Positions 24,900 to 38,748 are shown, counted from the stretch's first letter. The stretch: DNA of 64,000 nt from Podarcis melisellensis (GCA_964234715.1 OZ174282.1), one strand, 5' to 3'. Numbers and translations are program-made. The notes: a model not told the origin generated them from the letters alone.

Positions 24900-25128
24900 T
24901 GCCCCACCCTTCTGACTGGGTTGCCCCAGCCATTCTGGGCTGCTACCAACAGAATATTAAAAAATCCCACAGCAACAAAACATCAGGCAACTTCCTGATA
25001 CAGGGCTGCCTTCAGGTGTCTACCAAAGGTTGTATAGATGTTTATCTGTTTGACATCCGATGGGAGGGCATTCCACTGGGCAGGTACCACTACCAAGGAG
25101 GCCCTCTGCTTGGTTCCCTGTAACTTCA
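24900..25128 (-). mobile_element. L2 LINE 3' end
   Basis: KLQGTKQRASLVVVPAQWNALPSDVK; preceded by (GAGT)n at 24874-24899. Confidence 0.88.
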
Positions 25129-25920
25129 TAGATTTAAGTGATTTAGAAATACCAGGCATAAAAGATTGCATTTGACAAGTTAATTCTTGACTTCAAATTT
25201 GTCAAAAGCCTATGACCCTTCATAATTCAAATTTTAAAAGCTCAATAAGAAACACTTTGCTTTATTGTGCTAAGAGCTTCTGAGGACAACAATGTATTAT
25301 ACAAAGTGGTTTGAAAAAGTATTAGGACTACAGATATATCTGCATATGAGTTGAAATGCACTGGAAGATAAGCCAGGTTAACAAGGTAGAAGCTAAAAAA
25401 AAAGGAATATTTTAAACCTCACATATTTTTGTGTCTGCAGCCAAGGACTAAAACTGCATACATAAGATAATGGGGGGGGGGGGTTGGATCCCACACTGAA
25501 TAGGACTTTGCAAGAGCTTTAATTTTGTTTTGAAAGAGGAGAAAAAGTGAATTACTGAAACCATCTTTTTATATTTTTTTTAAAAAATGGGTTTCTTCCA
25601 GAAGCAGTCCTGAGAGTCTGAGGCAGCAAATCTAGCAAATGATGCATCATTCTTGAGATTTTGCAACAAGCACATGGCAGTACTGGTTCCTAAGAGAACA
25701 GCGAACAAGGAGGCCGCTGGAGGGAAACCCTGATTTTTGCCCCATGTGATGCCTGGAGTTTTTCTTGGTATTAAGCCCAATACGAGTGGCTGAAGAAATA
25801 GACTGGCTGGGTAACACTGCCATCTATAGAAGGCCCTCAGGAAATGCAAAATTTACTGGAGGCTAACAACAGATTGCAGGACATGTCTCAAAAATATCAT
25901 AACCAGCACAGTGCTAAATC

Positions 25921-26148
25921 ACAAAATCATAGGATTGAAAAGTTGGAAGGGAGCCCAAGAGTGATCTAGTCCAAACCTTTCAATGCAGGAATCACAGCTT
26001 AAGAATCCTTGACAGATGGCCATCCCACCTCTGTTTAAAAACTTCCAAGGATGGGGAATCCATGACCTTTTGAGGGAGTCTGTTCCACTGTCAAAACAGC
26101 CCTTATACTCAGAAAGTTCTTCCTAATGTTCAGTGAGAATCTCCTGTC
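25921..26148 (-). mobile_element. CR1 3' fragment
   Basis: Homologous to the other CR1 ends in the window. Confidence 0.85.
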
Positions 26149-26748
26149 TCCCAAGGTATAAAACTACCACCACTACTCTTCACCAATTTAGAAATGACAT
26201 TTGAAAATTATGAAAGGGTGGAGGGAAGGTCAGAGAAATTTTTGTAGACAGGGTGCAAGGCTTCTTTCATATTGTCCGACTCTCAAGGCTACAAATAAGC
26301 TTAAGGGTGGTCTGGACTTCCCTTCAAAACAAATATGTGGTTGCACTGATCTCAGGCACATCGGATAAAGCTCTTGTGGTGAAGGAATTCGTCTCAGGGG
26401 GCTTCTCCAGATCAGGAAGCGCAGGCAGCTGAGGAGTCGGCAGAGCACCGGAGAAACATTTGGTAGCGCGGGGGGATCCATGCTCTGCCAATGGCCCCAT
26501 TACAACCATACCACATACTCCATCAATGGCCACCTCACACTGATAAGATGGAGATAAACTGCTTTTGATGTTGTTACTTTTTAAATTGTTCTGTCCTGCC
26601 CTGAGCCTTTAGGTTGAAGGGTGGGTAAATAAATCAAAATAATAACAACAACTTTGCACTTACCAAAATTCTAAAGAAATCATAAAGTACCCTGAGAAAG
26701 AGTCTCGAGAAATTCAAGGAAAGGTTTTGTCACAGCCTAGATGGCAAC

Positions 26749-26815
26749 TAGTCCATGCTCTGGTCCATGGGGTCACGAAGAGTCGGACACGACTAAACGA
26801 CTAAACAAGATCAAC
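26749..26815 (+). mobile_element. Extremely 5'-truncated BovB
   Basis: ggtccatggggtcacgaagagtcggacacgactaaacgactaaac; 10-bp TSD agatggcaac. Confidence 0.9.
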
Positions 26816-29800
26816 AGATGGCAACATTTGGGAAGTACCTCAAGCACTTACCTCAGCAGTATGTAAGAAGCCAATGTTCACAAGAGTAGCCTGACACCCA
26901 GTCTGTGGTGTGTGTTTGTGCATGAAAAGCCTCTCTGGAGATGATGGAGAATAGAGGAGTGGTGCCAGTACATAACCCTTCCCCTGCCTGCTACTTTTAT
27001 GCTTCCAAACACCCTCTTCCAAACAGGCTTTTTGTCTGCCTGCGCCCACACTGTTTAGCTGTAAGTCCTGCCCCAAGAGTGGAAGTGCATGGGAAGCAGT
27101 GGGGCACACCAGCTGTCAAGTCACGAAGCCATGAAGGTCATCAGGTAACCTTGGACCCACCTCAGAGGCCTGTTGTGGGGATGAAATGGGGAGGGAGAAC
27201 CATGTACGTCACCTTGAGGTCTTTGGTGGGAAGGTGGCCTAATAATAAATAACAAATAATAACAGTAATAGAATAGAAAATCAGGATGATGGGGGTGGAG
27301 ATGGTTTTTCATCTGTGCCACTGGTCTTGCTTATCTCAGTATGGTCTACTGACCAGCAGCAGTTCCCGGAGCTTCAGGCAGAAATCTTTCCCAATCCCAG
27401 CTGTGAATGGCAGTGGAGAAGGGATTGAACCCGTGATCTTCTGCATGCCAAGCACAGACTCATAGAATCACAGAATTATAGAGTTGGAAAGGACACCAAG
27501 GGTCATCTAGTCCACCCCCCGCAATGCAGGAACCACAACAACCCTTCCCCAGAAGCTAGGGACCCCTAGCTTTGGGAACTTATTTCCATAATTCACAATT
27601 GATATTTGGATGTGGCAATGGATCCTGGTTTTACAGAGGGGGCAGGGATTTGTGATGGTGGAGGAAGAGGAGATGTTCCAGCCCCAATGACATCTAAAGG
27701 TAGCCACCCAGTTCAGAAATAGATCCCTGTGGACCAGATAATGGAGACAAGCGCCAAAAGCGTGGGGGCTGAATAGGACACCCAGCTCAGTTCCAGAACC
27801 TCTTTGAACTACAGAATACATGAGAGGTAAGAAGAAGAAATAGAGTATAGGCAGTGGAAGCCACACTGAAAAACTACTTGTATCTTATTGTGATAAAACT
27901 TTTATATGGAGAAAAAATAACAAAGAGAGAATCTCTGAACATGTTCAGATTGCCTTAATTAATTAATTAGCTCCTCATGCCTCTTTTTCTTATTAAAAAA
28001 GATAAAGTATGAACAAGGACCTCTGGTGATAAATAGCATTTCAGCTTCCAGAACCCAGAGGGAAGGGTCATGAATATTCAAGAGATGCTAATCCAACCAT
28101 CTTTCTATCCCTTTTTCCAACTCGTAAGCCGGATTGCTGGCGATTTCCTGGGAAGCTGGACATCGCAGACCCCCCCCCCCTTATTGCCATGAAAACCCAG
28201 CCGAAGAACAAAAACAAAACAAAACACCCCAATAGAAATAACTGTAGCCTCTCTCTTCTGCCGCTCCCTTTTCTCTAATATGAAAAGTGCCTGGCAAAAT
28301 GAGATGTCTAATCCTTGGAACATCTGCTTGGAACAGGCAGCAATCCCTTAAATGCCAAGGCACACTTAACAGAATTCTTCTCTTCTCTGTGGGGGCCTCG
28401 GGGAGAATTTCGCTGACATAAAGCACCCCCCACCGCTGATGCAGATGATCACAATACAAATGATATTTGCATGCTATGATATTCCTGTAGCACAGCCCCA
28501 GGGAGGTACCGCAGAGAGCCAACACAATAACATCTATTAATCTCCTGCAGTTCCACGTTCCCCTTCACTTGGAAATTCATTTCCCGATCTAGCAAATAAC
28601 CTGTGGCAACCATGATACTCATTTGGGCTGGGGAGGGAAAGACGCTGGCAGGTTGATGGGCCTCCCCACCCCCAACACCGCACACCGCCTGTTTGAGCAA
28701 AGTGCACTGGGGTGAACTCTTAGAATTGGACAATGTCCTGTGTAATTTGATTGCCACCATTTCACAATCTTTCAACTGCACGATAAAAAAGAAAGATAAG
28801 AAAGAAGAGGGGAGAAATGCCCAGCAGATCAAATCACATTGCCAATTTTACGTTGTTTAATCTCCCTTTTTTCCCAACCTTATTTTAAGCGCAACTTTTG
28901 GACCATCCTGACAAATTTCATGCACTCCAATAACTGCCTGTACTTTGCCTCCCGATATCATAGAATTAATTTTAATAGCACAATAGGAAAGGCTTTTTCA
29001 ACTGTGGGGTGGGAATCATTCTTCAGCAAATGGGATTGGGAAAGAGCTACAGAATCACTCCAAAAATGTGCAGACGCCTTTGCTGCCGAGAAAATGCGCA
29101 TTTGGCACCATCCTATGTTCCTAACAAATCCACGCAGTCTGTTAGCTGTTGTGTAGAGATGCATGTGAAAGGCTGGCAGTCAAAATGGGTTTCGGAGAGC
29201 AAAGGAGGGACTTAAATATTCCATGAAAGCGACTGTATGGCGAGAAACAGCTCTAGGGAACAGCAAGGATGAAAATGAAACCTAGGGAAGCAGCCATTTT
29301 ATATCATTATAGAACCTGCACTGTGCTTAGGTAAAGTTCCCTTTCTACATACATCAGCCTGCAGCCCACATCACTTGTAAAGTTTAGAGCAGCTATTGTT
29401 ACCATCTGCGGAGAAGGAGGCTGCCTTCTCGCTGCCAATCCAGCACCGAACGAGGACCACCCCCATTTTACAACACCAGCATGGGAATTTCAAAAAGGAG
29501 AAGAAGGGGGGGCACAGTGACGCCTCTCCCTCCTCCTCCCCTGACCCCCAGCCTCCTCTGCAAGGCTGTCACCCCACAGCAACCTGCCAATGGAATTCTA
29601 GATACCAACCTGCACCACTATCTTGGAGAGAGATAATAGCACTAAGGGAAAATGCAACTGAGGTTCGCTTTTGTGGGGCAGGAGACCTCTGAGAGATGAG
29701 CAGCCTGGTGCATGGAAGGAACTGAGAATGTACTCATCGGTTATCTGAATGTGGATTGCAGTTACCGTGGAGGAACTCGGTTCCCAATGTAAGAGATATA

Positions 29801-31425
29801 AAGGGGAATGGGAATGCAAAGACGACAACGACAACAACAACACCTTCGCAACTGATGTGCACTCAGTAAGAAATACAATTCCATTTGCAAAAGCATCAGT
29901 GCTACATGGATGCTGTTGTAGCACCAGATAGCAGGCAATTTCTGATCACAAAGGAGCCAATAAGGCTGAGGAGACAGGACCCGAGAGCCCCACTCTGTCA
30001 GGGTCCAGCAGGCGCAGAGACGTTGCCAGCAACTGCTAACGGGGATTGTTGTTGTTTTTGTCCGTGTTTGTGTTTCTGAGTTAGACTCCCTCTTTGCCTC
30101 CCCCCTTGCCCTCCTCCAAGCTGTGCTCCAGCCTGAACCATCTGGCGGAGAGAAATGCACCATATTAAAGACATATGCAGAGCTGCCTAAGAGTCCCCCC
30201 AGCTCTTCCCTGGGCTACTGTGACCATGGCGTTTTTTGTGCACAAGACTTCTTCAAGCCGGGGGAGGCCAAAGGGGGACACTCACAGGCCTCCATGGTGA
30301 TCACCTCCTCTCCCCTCTTTCCCCCAATTGCCTCGTCCACATATTATGTTAGATGCAAAGATGGCTGAAGAAACACTGACAAGAGTGGACCTGGAGGTCA
30401 AGATAGCAGGCCTTCTAGCCTGGATTTGAGGTGACAACATGGGGTCTGCAGTTAAACTCTGAAGGCTAAGGTGGCATTGTCCACAACTACAGAGCAATGA
30501 GATGGTAGTTGTGGTCAAGAAAGGTAGTGAGGCAAAAAGCACATTGATTGATGATTGGTTGGTTGGTTGGTTGGTTGGTTGCATTTCTATCCCACCTTTT
30601 CATCCAAGCAGCACAAAGTGGCATACATGGTTCTCCCCATCCTCATTTAATCCCTGCAGCAACCCTGTGAGGTAGGTTAGGCTGAGAGGCAGTGGCTGGC
30701 CCAAACCCATGGCTGAATAACTGTTAGTATGTTATATATGTGGATCTGGGAGTCCTGGGTTCAAATGCCTACTCAGCCATGAAACTCACTGGGTCACCCT
30801 GGAACAGTCACTGCCTCTCAGTTTAACCTACCTCACAGGTTAGCTGTGGGGATTAAATGAGGATGCATGCCACAGTAAAACACAGAATCCCCAACACATG
30901 CCAATAGCATTCCTGGGCATTTGCCCCTGTCTCTGCTGTGCTACCCCAATGCAATCTGAACAGAAATGTATAGGCCCCAAGGATGTAAAACGTGCCAGGC
31001 TTCAAGAGCTCCACTGCAGTGTTTCCACCCGTCACCCGAAAGCACTAATGATCCCCCTCCTGCCCTGCAGGAGAGCAGGCTGAGGACTCAGGAAAAGAGC
31101 TAGTCTGGATCAGGCTGCTCCCCAGCCCCAGAGGAGGGGAGGTGTTCTCCTCCTCAGCCACAGCTGCCCTCCCTGCCTCCGTGCTGCACCAGCAGCCAAT
31201 TATCCCTCCCCGCTCTTTGCCCTTCTGCAGCCCCCCAGGGTCTCAATCAGAGGATTTGGTATCTTATCAGAAGATGGAGATTTCTCAGAGAAACGGCTTC
31301 TTCATCCCTCCTTCTCCCACTTGGATGAAGGGAAGAGGAGGAGGTTCAAAGGCAGACTTTCTGGATGAATATTTTATGTTAGAACATTTTCCCTTGTTGG
31401 CCTGTAAGGAATGTCATTCAGCGGA

Positions 31426-31430
<5 letters not shown>

Positions 31431-31477
<47 letters not shown>

Positions 31478-31488
31478 ACACACACACA
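31431..31488. repeat. (CT)n(CA)n microsatellite
   Basis: Directly visible. Confidence 0.95.
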
Positions 31489-31758
31489 CCCACACCCCAC
31501 ATATGCAAGTGATTGTGTTGGATCAGTGTTTTGTTTTTAAATCAGGCATAAAAGCCATTTAAAATTGGGCTGTTTGGGGGGAGGCACCCCTCCCTCACAG
31601 TATGTTCTTGTTCTTCATAGTAGAGAAAACACTGGATCACCATCATTTTAAAAAATAATAATTCCGTGGGTTGTTTTCACGCTAAAGCCATTTAGCAGTG
31701 CCGGACCACTATTTTCCTACAATCACATGAAAGTGTCTTAAAGCAGAGGTTCCTCATA

Positions 31759-31943
31759 GTTGTGTATGCACTATACCTTTAAAGCACATTTGAAGCACAT
31801 TCTTCCCCTCAAAGAATTCAGGCACTGTAGCTTGTGGATTGCTGGGAACTGGAACTCTGTGAGTAAAGTATAGTGCCCAGAATTTTTTGAGAGGAAGAAT
31901 GTGCACCAAATGTGCTTTAAAAGTATACAGTGTGTACACAGCC
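31759..31943. mobile_element. Palindromic MITE-like element (tttaaagcacat family)
   Basis: Long imperfect terminal inverted repeats. Related copies at about 38953-39158, 41452-41635 and 48040-48200. Confidence 0.65.
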
Positions 31944-32201
31944 TGAATGTATTATCTAGAAGGAGCCAAGATCCTTCCATTGATTTATATGGATTTGTCT
32001 ACAAGGTGCTTTCCATTTTTATACAATTGATGTAAATAAAGGAAGGATCTTGGCCATCACTGGGAAATAAATAAATAATGACCCCTGGGCACTTAACAAT
32101 AAAAAGTTGAAAGCCAGAAAGACCATCAACAAGAGCTCTTAAAATTAATCAGAGCAAATTAACATTACAAAACTAATAAATACAAATAAAATTGACCAAA
32201 G

Positions 32202-32321
32202 CATAGGTGCAAACTCCCTGAGGGGCTGGGCACCCACAAATTTCAGTGCCAGGGCTATGCATGCTGCATGGCACCCACGACCCCAGGCACCCATAGTCAT
32301 GGGGCCAACCTGACACTCCTG
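32202..32321 (+). mobile_element. cataggtgccaactcc-family hAT-like MITE
   Basis: 8-bp TSD gaccaaag/gacctaag (7/8). Confidence 0.7.
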
Positions 32322-32590
32322 GACCTAAGCAAAACATACTTTAACACAGCACAGCTGAAAACAGTGAAGATCTTAAAATGAGAGGATAGAAAAGCATTTA
32401 TCTGGCACTGAAAAGCCTAGGCTCTCTGGGAAACGACATTCCAGTTTGGATGCCATTGTCAAAAAGGCCCCATCCACCTTATCTCATTCTCTAATGTTCG
32501 CTCCAAAGAAAATGAGCCCATTTCTCATTGCAGATCCAGCCTGCTTTGTTGTTTCCTCTTGTGAGGTTTCTGGATGAATGTCCCTTGGCT

Positions 32591-32746
32591 ATGTATTTAT
32601 TTATTTATTTATTTACTTATATTTATATCTCACCTTTCTTCCATCATGGAACTGAAGGGGTTTCCAGGGGGTCTCCCATTCAGTTGCCAACCAGACCCAG
32701 ACCTGCTTAGCTTCAGGAAGGCATTAGCCTCCTCTCCCTTCAGGCC
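32591..32746 (-). mobile_element. 5S rRNA-derived SINE-like element
   Basis: Reverse complement gaagctaagcaggtctgggtctggttggcaactgaatgggagacc resembles 5S box A-IE-box C. Tail gaaaggtgagatataaat plus (aaat)n. Confidence 0.65.
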
Positions 32747-33128
32747 AACTCTTGTCTGAAGCTCCTTGCCTCCAATTTGCCCTTCGTGTCAGTTTCCATC
32801 CACACAGGGATAGGCTCCCTATAATTACTAATTCCCCTAATGCCTCTGCTGCCCAAGAAAGAGAACCTGCCCTGTAGCTGCTTTCCACAGCACAGCTAAT
32901 AGCCTTGCTTCTGGCGTAGTTAATAGAGCTGAGCCAACCAATGTCATGGAAACAAAGCTCTTGATCTCAACTTTGGGGAGATTTTTTGCAGCTACCCTTT
33001 CACTTGGTAGCTGTCACTTCAGCACCATTTTTTCTTTCTTCTTATATTTCCTTACTGGAAATTTGAACAGGGACACCGTAGTCAGCACAAGGCAGGTGGT
33101 TAGGGCCATTTTTGGTGCCACCTGCCTT

Positions 33129-34297
33129 TTCCAGAAGTGCAAGATGGATTTCGAAGGGGCAGAGGAACCAGAGACCAAATTGCAAACATGCGCTGGGTTA
33201 TGGAGAAAGCTAGAGTGTTCCAGGAAAACATCTACTTCTGCTTTATTGACTACGCAAAAGCATTTGACTGTGTCGACCACAGCAAACTATGGCAAGTTCT
33301 TAAAGAAATCTGTCTCCTGAGAAATCTCTACGTGGGACAAGAAGCTACAGTTAGAACTGGATATGGAACAACAGATTCGTTAAAAATTGGGGAAGGAGTA
33401 TGACAAGGCTATATATTGTCTCCCTGCTTATTTAACTTATATGCAGAATTCATCATGCAAAAGGCTGGACTGGATGAATCCCAAGCCAGAATAAATATTG
33501 CCGGAAGAAATATCAACAACCTCAGATATGCAGATGACACAACCTTGATGGCAGAAAGTAAGGAGGAATTAAAGAACCTTTTAATGAGGGTGAAAGAGGA
33601 GGGCGCAAAATATGGTCTGAAGCTCAACATCAAAAAAACTAAGATCATGGCCACTGGTCCCATCACCTCCTGGCAAATAGAAGGGGAAGAAATGGAGGCA
33701 GTGAGAGATTTTACTTTCTTGGGCTCCATGAACACTGCAGATGGTGACAGCAGCCACGAAATTAAAAGACACCTGCTTCTAGGGAGAAAAGCAATGACAA
33801 ACCTAGACAGCATCTTAAAAAGTAGACACATCACCTTGCCGACAAAGGTCTGTATAGTTAAAGCTATTGTTTTCCCAGTAGTGATGTATGGAAGTGAGAG
33901 CTGGACCATAAAGAAGGCTGATCGCCGAAGAATTGATGCTTTTGAATTATGGTGCTGGAGGAGACTCTTGAGAGCCCCATGGACTGCAAGAAGATCAAAA
34001 CTATCTATTCTTAAAGAAATCAACCCTGGGTGCTCACTGGAAGGACAGATCTGAAGCTGAGGCTCCAATACTTTGACCACATCATGAGAAGACTCACTGG
34101 AAAAGACCCTGATGTTGGGAAAGATTGAGGGCACAAGGAGAAGAGGACGACAGAGGATGAGATGGTTGGACAGTGTTCTTGAAGCTACTAACATGAGTTT
34201 GACCAAACTGCGGGAGGCAGTGGAAGACAGGAGTGCCTGGCGTGCTCTGGTCCATGGGGTCACGAAGAGTCGGACACGACTAAACAACAACAACAAC
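33129..34297 (+). mobile_element. BovB LINE, 5'-truncated, disrupted reverse transcriptase
   Basis: GFRRGRGTRDQIAN, FIDYAKAFDCVDH, LSPCLFNLYAE, NLRYADDTTL; in-frame stops and deletions; (CAA)n tail. Confidence 0.96.
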
Positions 34298-36198
34298 CTT
34301 TCCTGGACTAATCACAGCAGTGACCTGAACCAATCAGGAGTGCGCTGGCTCTCCTCTAACAAAGCAATAAGATTTTTAGGTGGCAGGAAGGATGGGCCAC
34401 GCTGCTGTATTGCCTCCTTTAAACTGCCAATTTACAAATGCTTTGCCCATTTAAATGAGACATTCTGCAGCACATCACAATCCCTTCGCCTCTCTTGTGA
34501 ATCTGAAGCATCCTGCCAGCCCAGGCAAAGAGATAAGAGAGTGTACCACATAGCAAAGTCTCCCCTTTAAACTGTTGGCAACCCCATCTGCAAATAAGAA
34601 ACCAGGGAAAGTGTTTGATGCTCAGCCAGTTGTTTGTGTTTGACATCATTCTATGTGCTGCAGTTCCCGGTATACCAGCTATTTCAACACACTGAGATAT
34701 CGGCAACCTTCATCGGTTTTCAAATCAAAACTGGAAATAAGCAGATCATTTGTTCCAGAAACATTACTCCAAGGTTTCAGATTTTGATTATTGTTAACAA
34801 AATGACATTTCCTAATCCATACTGAATCTAACATGGGGAAAGGAAGGAGGAGAAACAGTCAGATAACATAAGCTTGGCACATAAACGATTATTAATAGCA
34901 CAAATCTTAACTGTGCTTAGCTCAAAATATCCCAGCCAACATGATACTTAAAAAAGCAAAAACAAATATCCATTATAAAGAAAGACATTACAACAAAGGA
35001 TGTTTCCAGTTCCAAGTGAGAGTGATCGTTAGGTGAGCCAAATATGTTCATAGACACCAGGAGGACAACTGGTTGATCTTAGTCTGTATGGGTAAAAAGG
35101 GCCAGCTAAGGCTCTGGTCAGTCTTTGGAGGTCAAAGTCAAACAATTTTTGACTTGTTCAGCCATCTGAATCTGCCCCAAATAAGCCAAATTTTATCTAA
35201 ATCATTCTGTAACTATCAACAACTTCACACACACAAAAGGGGGGTAGGGTTAAAAAAATCTTAGTGTTTGCTTGGTGACATCAGTTCCACTTGCATTATG
35301 ACATGGATCTGTGCTTGACTATCTTGGAGAAACTCCTGGTCCTTCTATTGACCACAGTCATCCACGCTGACTTGCAGGGGATCCTGGGAGTTGTTCTTGC
35401 CTATACTGGGACAATAAGCCATTAGAAGTTTGTTTGTTCCGGTGTTTGTGCCATGGCTGTTTGCCACTGAAAAAATGGAAACAAAAAAAGGTCACAGTTT
35501 GCAAAAAATGATTGAAACCTCTCGGCCTTAATATCTCCTTTGACAAAAGACATATTGGCTGCCTTGCCAATATGCCACCAATATACTGAGTTTTAGATTT
35601 TCTCAGGTTGTGGCATCTGGGTGAAAAGAACCATGTAAGCTACAGCTTTTGGAGGGGAAACATTTGTTCTCTCTGTGGTTTTAAATCTCCACAGCACCTA
35701 ATTTTTATGATTAAAAACCAATGATGTTTAAATTTAGCAACAACAACAACAAAAAGACTGGGGGAGGGAGACATCAGGGAAAGAAAATCAATGGGACGAT
35801 ATTACTGCTCTGAATGACCAATGTAAATTTTTTGAGGTTTCATTGTTTGCTCAATGTAAAATGAGGGAAGCATCCTGATTGACCAATATTGCCTTAATGA
35901 ATTAAAAACTCTTGGCAGGCTCAATGTTTTGCTTATACTCTGCGTACTGCAGAATGGAGTGCACTTATAGTTCATTCACGCTGGAAAAAGATGTCTGTAA
36001 TGATGGGCGGGAGGTGATGCAGACATCTCTGAAGCTGGACTCATTTCTCATTTTTACAGGCTTCTGCTGTCTCCAGGAAGCTGCATTTAGTGCAAAGAAG
36101 CACATGGTGAAGATGCTTCTAAGGGCCAAACTAGAGAGGAGGTCGCATAACTCCCTAACTTCCTTTCCCCCACTATTTGTCCTCTTAAAAAGAAGTAA

Positions 36199-36447
36199 GA
36201 AGAAGAAGAGTTTGGATTTGATATCCCGCCTTTCACTCTCTTTAAGGAGTCTCAAAGCAGCTAACATTCTCCTTTCCCTTCCTCCCCCACAACAAACACT
36301 CTGTGAGGTGAGTGGGGCTGAGAGACTTCAAAGAAGTGTGACTGGCCCAAGGTCACCCAGCAGCTGCATGTGGAGGAGCGGAGATGCAAACCCAGTTCAC
36401 CAGATTACGAGTCCACTGCTCTTAACCACTACACCACACTGGCTCTC
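36199..36447 (-). mobile_element. MIR-like (Squam3-type) SINE, young subfamily
   Basis: (CTT)n tail and TSD aagtaa; closely similar inverted copy at 44603-44853. Confidence 0.88.
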
Positions 36448-36680
36448 AAGTAAACTATGTTCCAACGCTTCTTTTCTTCCAGTGAGGGGTAATGTGCCAA
36501 ATCTCCCTGCTTTCCTGTCATTTAAAACCTCTTTTTCAGCATGTTTCTTCAGAAAGCATGAGCTTTACTCTGTGTCTTTAATTTGAACTCCTATATCTGA
36601 TTACCAAAGCTGGAGCTTCCAAAACAGGCCCAAGGGCAGCCCCACAAAGAGCACATTATATAGTAATCCAACCTCGAGGT

Positions 36681-37482
36681 TGTGAAGAAAGGCCTGAGCT
36701 GCCCATCAATTCCCTAAAGTATCTCCTGAGGAACCTGAGATACCTGACCAGGAGAGGGGAGGGAGGCTTTTAAAACTGAGCTGTCTTTGCAGTCTTTGTT
36801 CCCTCTCAACCTCAGGGTTCCAATGAACCTTCTGTGAAGCTGAACTCGTAATTGAATTGGAATTATTGTACAGCAGTGGCTAAGCTTGGGCTGGATCTAG
36901 ATACATCAAAAAAGCGTTTCAGGAAAATGCCTTGTAAACCTCAAAGTGGGGGGAAACCTTGGTGAAAGATGGCCATCTGGTACCACAGTGTTATAACACA
37001 TATAAAACACCTTTTCTCTACTAATGTAGCTGGATTAGAACCATTTTCAGAACCACAAGGCTCTGGTTTATTTGGTATTCTGTCTTGACCTTCTGCCTGT
37101 TTCCCCCCTACCTTTGTTCCTAATAAAGTTTCTTAAATTGACTACTGGAGTGTGTGTGGTTGCCAGCCTCAGGGTTTTAGAATCCTCACATGCCATTCAG
37201 GCTACTGGACATTTAGAATTGGAGTTGCAAGTGACCAGCACACTCTCTGGGAGACAGAGAGCACAAGCTGCCTTTACACTCTGTGTAACTCCTAAGGGAA
37301 GCTCAAAGTGTAATGGCTTTAGTGCATCCCAGACCCCCTCCCTCTGGGCTGCAGGAGAAGTAAGTGGTGGCAACAACTACCAGAGAGTAAACCCACTGGA
37401 AGCACTGCGGGGCTGTTGTGTTGCAGTTGGGCAATGAAGGGAGTGTGAGAGGCTTCTCTTGAGATTCCCCCTCTTTGTCACA
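36681..37482 (+). mobile_element. Solo LTR inserted in an old L2
   Basis: tgtga...tcaca; TSD gaggt/gaagt; internal ttttaaaa and aataaa; antisense L2 sequence continues on both sides. Confidence 0.7.
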
Positions 37483-37592
37483 GAAGTTACCAACAGCTGG
37501 ACTGCAGTGGTCAGGCTATCCCTGTTCAACAATGTCCATAGTTGGCAAACCAGACGAAGCTGGTAAAAGGTCTGGAGAAGCCACACTTGTAG

Positions 37593-37762
37593 TTTTTATT
37601 TATTTGTTTATTTATTGAATTTATATACTGCCCTATCCCCAGAGGTCTCAGGGCGATTCATAGAATAAAATCAAAATATAAAACGCCAAAATACATAATC
37701 AAAATAAAAACAACAACCCAATAACACCCCACCCCCAAAAAACACATTTTAAAAGGGCATAG
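37593..37762 (-). mobile_element. L2 3' UTR and tail
   Basis: tttatatactgccct...ctcagggcgattca. Confidence 0.65.
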
Positions 37763-38748
37763 TATCATCACAACATTTAAAGTAAAGTAAGATCCTGCTC
37801 CTTGACTTGCCATTCCCTATGCGGCCTGCCTTTTCTTTGCATCTCCTGCTTCAGGAGTGGAAGTTCATACTGCTGCATGTTTATTCATATGGGTTCTGGG
37901 AAAACAAGTGTTGGCAATGTGGCTCCTCAACTTTTGTTACCAAACCTGGCTGTTTGTCGAATGTGCCCACTGCGCTCTTTTGGCACCATATCCTTGCACC
38001 ACCATCCCCACTTCAACTTGTCTGCTCTCTAAAAATAGATCAGATCAATGCAGCAATGCCCCATTGGCTTCCAAGTGTGATATCACAGGGGTCACAGCAA
38101 CCTCTGAACCAGCATGAAATGGCAGCCCCACCCAACTCCTCCACAGTCATAACCTCAGCTCTGCCCAATTAGGTCTCCTGCACTCATGGCATCACTTGAG
38201 TGCCACAGTTATAGCAGCGCAACTCTGACATACATTCATACCACCTGCACACCTTTGCGTTCTGCCCTTGCAAGAGGATGTAGCAGAGATCCTATCCTCG
38301 TCCAGCCGGTGTAATTCAAGGCGTGGGTGGCATGTTAATCTGCTTTTATTTTTATCGTAACATCTTTACGCTGCCCCGGAGCAGGTTCGTTTAAAAGGCT
38401 TGTATCTTGCAGGCTTCGGCTAATACAAAGCACATTTTTAACAACTTTCCCCCAGAGAATTCCCAGAAAAACGCTGTCAACCTGGGGAAGTGTCAAGCTC
38501 AGTTAGCAAAAACAGAGTAAGGCACCTGGCACTGAGGGAATAAGGGTGCTTGGCTGTTCTCTCCCAGGAAGCCTGTGATCATTATAGTTAAAATTCAACA
38601 AGATTTGAACCAGGAAATGGTGTGGTGTATGTGAGAGAGAGTGCTTTTTTTAATGCTGCACTTTCTGGGATTTATTTTGAAGTGAGCATAAAATTCTACT
38701 CCAAGAATGCATTTTACTAGACTGACTTTTATTGAGACCAATGGCATT

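Noticed and set aside
32657-32716. 5S rRNA gene
   Set aside because: Partial and diverged, with a retroposon tail.
33409-34296. 295-aa minus-strand ORF (longest in the track)
   Set aside because: Antisense shadow of BovB.
35912-36586. 224-aa ORF
   Set aside because: Non-ATG start, reads through an antisense SINE, no recognisable domain.
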